Source: Tubulanus polymorphus
Lineage: Eukaryota > Animalia > Nemertea
Direction: 5' to 3'
Length of the DNA stretch: 64,000 nucleotides
Assembly: GCF_964204645.1 (NCBI RefSeq)
Contig: NC_134028.1
Location: 26,532,345 to 26,596,344, forward strand
Shown here in pieces: positions 61,540-64,000 of the stretch. Within the stretch, counting starts at the first letter, position 1, and each line of letters starts with the position of its first letter. The notes beneath the pieces are model-generated. The model did no database searches. It worked only from the letters and a program-made list of their open reading frames with translations, and had not been told where the DNA came from. The position numbers were made by a program, and so were the translations under genes.

Positions 61540-63882
61540 ATGAAGCTGTCCGTTCTGTTCTGTTTGATGTCAGTATGTTTTACATACAGTTTCGCTGCCT
61601 CTGTTCCCGGTGCCCAACTGGTAATCGTCAAGTTGTTTTCTTTCTATAAAATCCTATAGCTCTTAACTCTATACAAACATGTGGTGATTTCCTAAAAAGC
61701 GCCAGGAGCCGCAGGTCTACAGTTTTCAGTCAAGTTTCACGTTGTAGTTAAAACCAAAATTCTCGGTTAAGATCGAACTCTATGGTCAAACAGGTGCCCA
61801 GGGTACAGGCCGTGTCTATTTCGAAATAGAGTCAGGTTCAAATATGGAAAAGGGTCCCGGCAATATCTGCAACCGATGCTAATACTTTGATTTTGTTTAC
61901 AGTCAAAGGAAGATTTTCTCACTTATCAACGTAAGTAACATCTAGGTTCACTGTTAATGTACGTAGACATCGGAGTCAGATAAGGGGAGCGAACAAATAT
62001 GTTTTTAAGCACATCTATGATTCAATATTTTCTACAAAAAATCAGCAATCAATTAAGTTAAACTGTTGATTTATGCAGGAGAAAATCCCGAAGAATTTTC
62101 GGAACGTTTGGGAGGTAACACGGTGATCAGTGTAGGACAAGTAAGTTTTGAAATCTGATCCAAATCGAGACGACGAGTTTCATTTCAATCATTGGCTTTT
62201 ACCAAAATTCGTGGAGATATTTTTTTTTCTTTTTAGTTTAGAAATAAACAGAAGTACGCGATGAAATGGTACAAAGGAAGGGTATATTACGACATGTCAG
62301 CTATGAGTAAGTTTCATCTTAAGACGCGCCGCAACAGGGCACATGAAAACAAGAAACATAGAAAAATCATTTGAGGTTTCACTGAGACACTAGAAAACAC
62401 ACGTCTAAACGTGAAAACACCTTAAAACCATCAAACTAATGTTTTTATAAATTGGTGACTACCATGCAAGGGGTAACGAATGTGCACTACAGATAAATTG
62501 ATAATAAGGATAATAATATTTTTTTTTGTATGTAACGGTTTACGCAATATAAATATTATTGATATTACTATCATTATTATTATTATTATTATCAATGTTG
62601 GCGTTTCAAAATAACAATTACAATTGTAAACTCTTTTATGTTTTCTTGTTCCTGTTTGAAACGTGTTTTTAGACTGCTGTGTGCTGTATCTGGCTTAATA
62701 CTGACTTTTAGTTTGTTTTAGGAAAATATCTATGAATTTCATATTTTTCAACATCATTTCACTCGCAGGTAAAAGTGCTCAAAGTCGGATTTTGAGCGCT
62801 CTGAATAAACTGGAGTCGGCGCTCGGCGGATCGTGTATCACTTTCCAGCAACGAAACGAGGAAAATAAACACATTATGAGCTACATCAAAGTGATATCAG
62901 GCAACGGGTAAGAACAACGCATCTAGCAGAATCCATTTTACAAATATTTGAATATAATTCTGAACTAGAAAAAAAACCTAGCTCCAGTTGGACAATCAAT
63001 ACTTTAACCTAAACGTGGTCTTACATCCTAAGACTGGTATTAAGTTTTCACATTGGCTACAGAACCTATCTATCTAATCTTCAGATGTAATTCAGATGTA
63101 GGAAGGCAAGGCTACCCACAGGAATTATCATTGGGCTGGGGCTGTTTACTAGAGACGACAATCATGCATGAATTCATACACGCTTTAGGATTTGCCCACG
63201 AACAGTCTCGATCAGACCGAGATCGTTACGTCACTATCAACTGGGCTAACATCAAAAAAGGTACGAATCATACGTTTAACTCAATGTTACGTGTTGTTTG
63301 GAGACTGATTCGGGCCGTAGAAAGACTCAATCTCTACCAATTTATATCTACATAACACTTTAAATTCGTTTAGCGACATTTTCTAACTTTTAAACTGTTT
63401 CATTGATTTAATGATTTTTATGATATCTGAAAGGAAATAATTTGTAATAATGGAGTCTCCTTAAAAAAATGGTTAGGCCGACACTGCTTCCATACTAAAA
63501 GGCATTGATTCTAGTTACCCCTATAGAACCCCCTGTTGTTTAGGGGATACCCATCCGTGTGGTTTTCAATGCAGTATTCGATTGCCTCAGATGGTCCAAT
63601 TTCCGAGGTACGCGAATTTCGAGGTAGTCGGGGCAGGGATAGGTCGTTATTATGTTAAACAATTGTAACTTATCGCTAGGGCACGCGATAATCCGGAGGC
63701 AACCGACTCCAGGATTTATTGAAGTTCATTTCCGATTACACGATGCTTATACAGTCAAAAAAGAGTCTCATTCTTTTCTTTATGACAGGGAATGAATATA
63801 ATTTCGATAAGGAAATCACTGACAATCAAAATCTACCGTACGACTACGAATCGTTGATGCATTACGGGATGTACGCATTCAG
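61540..63882 (+). CDS. Secreted astacin-family zinc metalloprotease; gene continues beyond the right edge
   Basis: Signal peptide exon 61540-61620; exons 61903-61930, 62079-62140, ~62238-62306, ~62769-62907, 63085-63260 (HEFIHALGFAHEQSRSDRD), 63789-63882 (YDYESLMHY Met-turn). Confidence 0.92.
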
Positions 63883-64000
63883 GTATAGAACGAACTGATT
63901 ACTCTCCATGTTGTATCGATTATATAAAATCCGACAACAAGAAGTTAAGAAAGAGTCTGAAGAGCTAATCAGTCTATTCGCCATTAAGAAAGAAACATTT

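Overview
Eukaryotic (animal) genomic DNA with compact GT-AG introns. The mollusc-type troponin C points to a lophotrochozoan/spiralian invertebrate (inference). Spliced genes reconstructed by hand, in order: first exon of a type II membrane M1 aminopeptidase (-, runs off the left edge); PGAP1 GPI inositol-deacylase (-, about 21 exons, 3598-18620), whose single 6.85-kb intron holds an antisense 497-aa orphan gene; WBP2 (+, head-to-head with PGAP1); a 2-TM protein with PPxY/LPxY motifs (+); a small secreted 10-Cys three-finger (Ly6/uPAR/quiver-type) protein with no GPI signal (-); a corin-like TM-SEA-Fz-LDLa2-SRCR-trypsin protease (-); cyclophilin A (-); an intronless divergent SLC18-like MFS transporter (+); troponin C (-) head-to-head with a calmodulin paralog (+) that shares its intron positions; and an astacin metalloprotease (+, runs off the right edge). 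Introns carry several MITE families, a Helentron-type element, a SINE-like head, minisatellites and three Penelope-type minimal hammerhead-ribozyme-like motifs, one expanded into a 17 x 26-bp array. No rRNA, intact tRNA or CRISPR array was seen. All calls come from manual reading; no searches were run.
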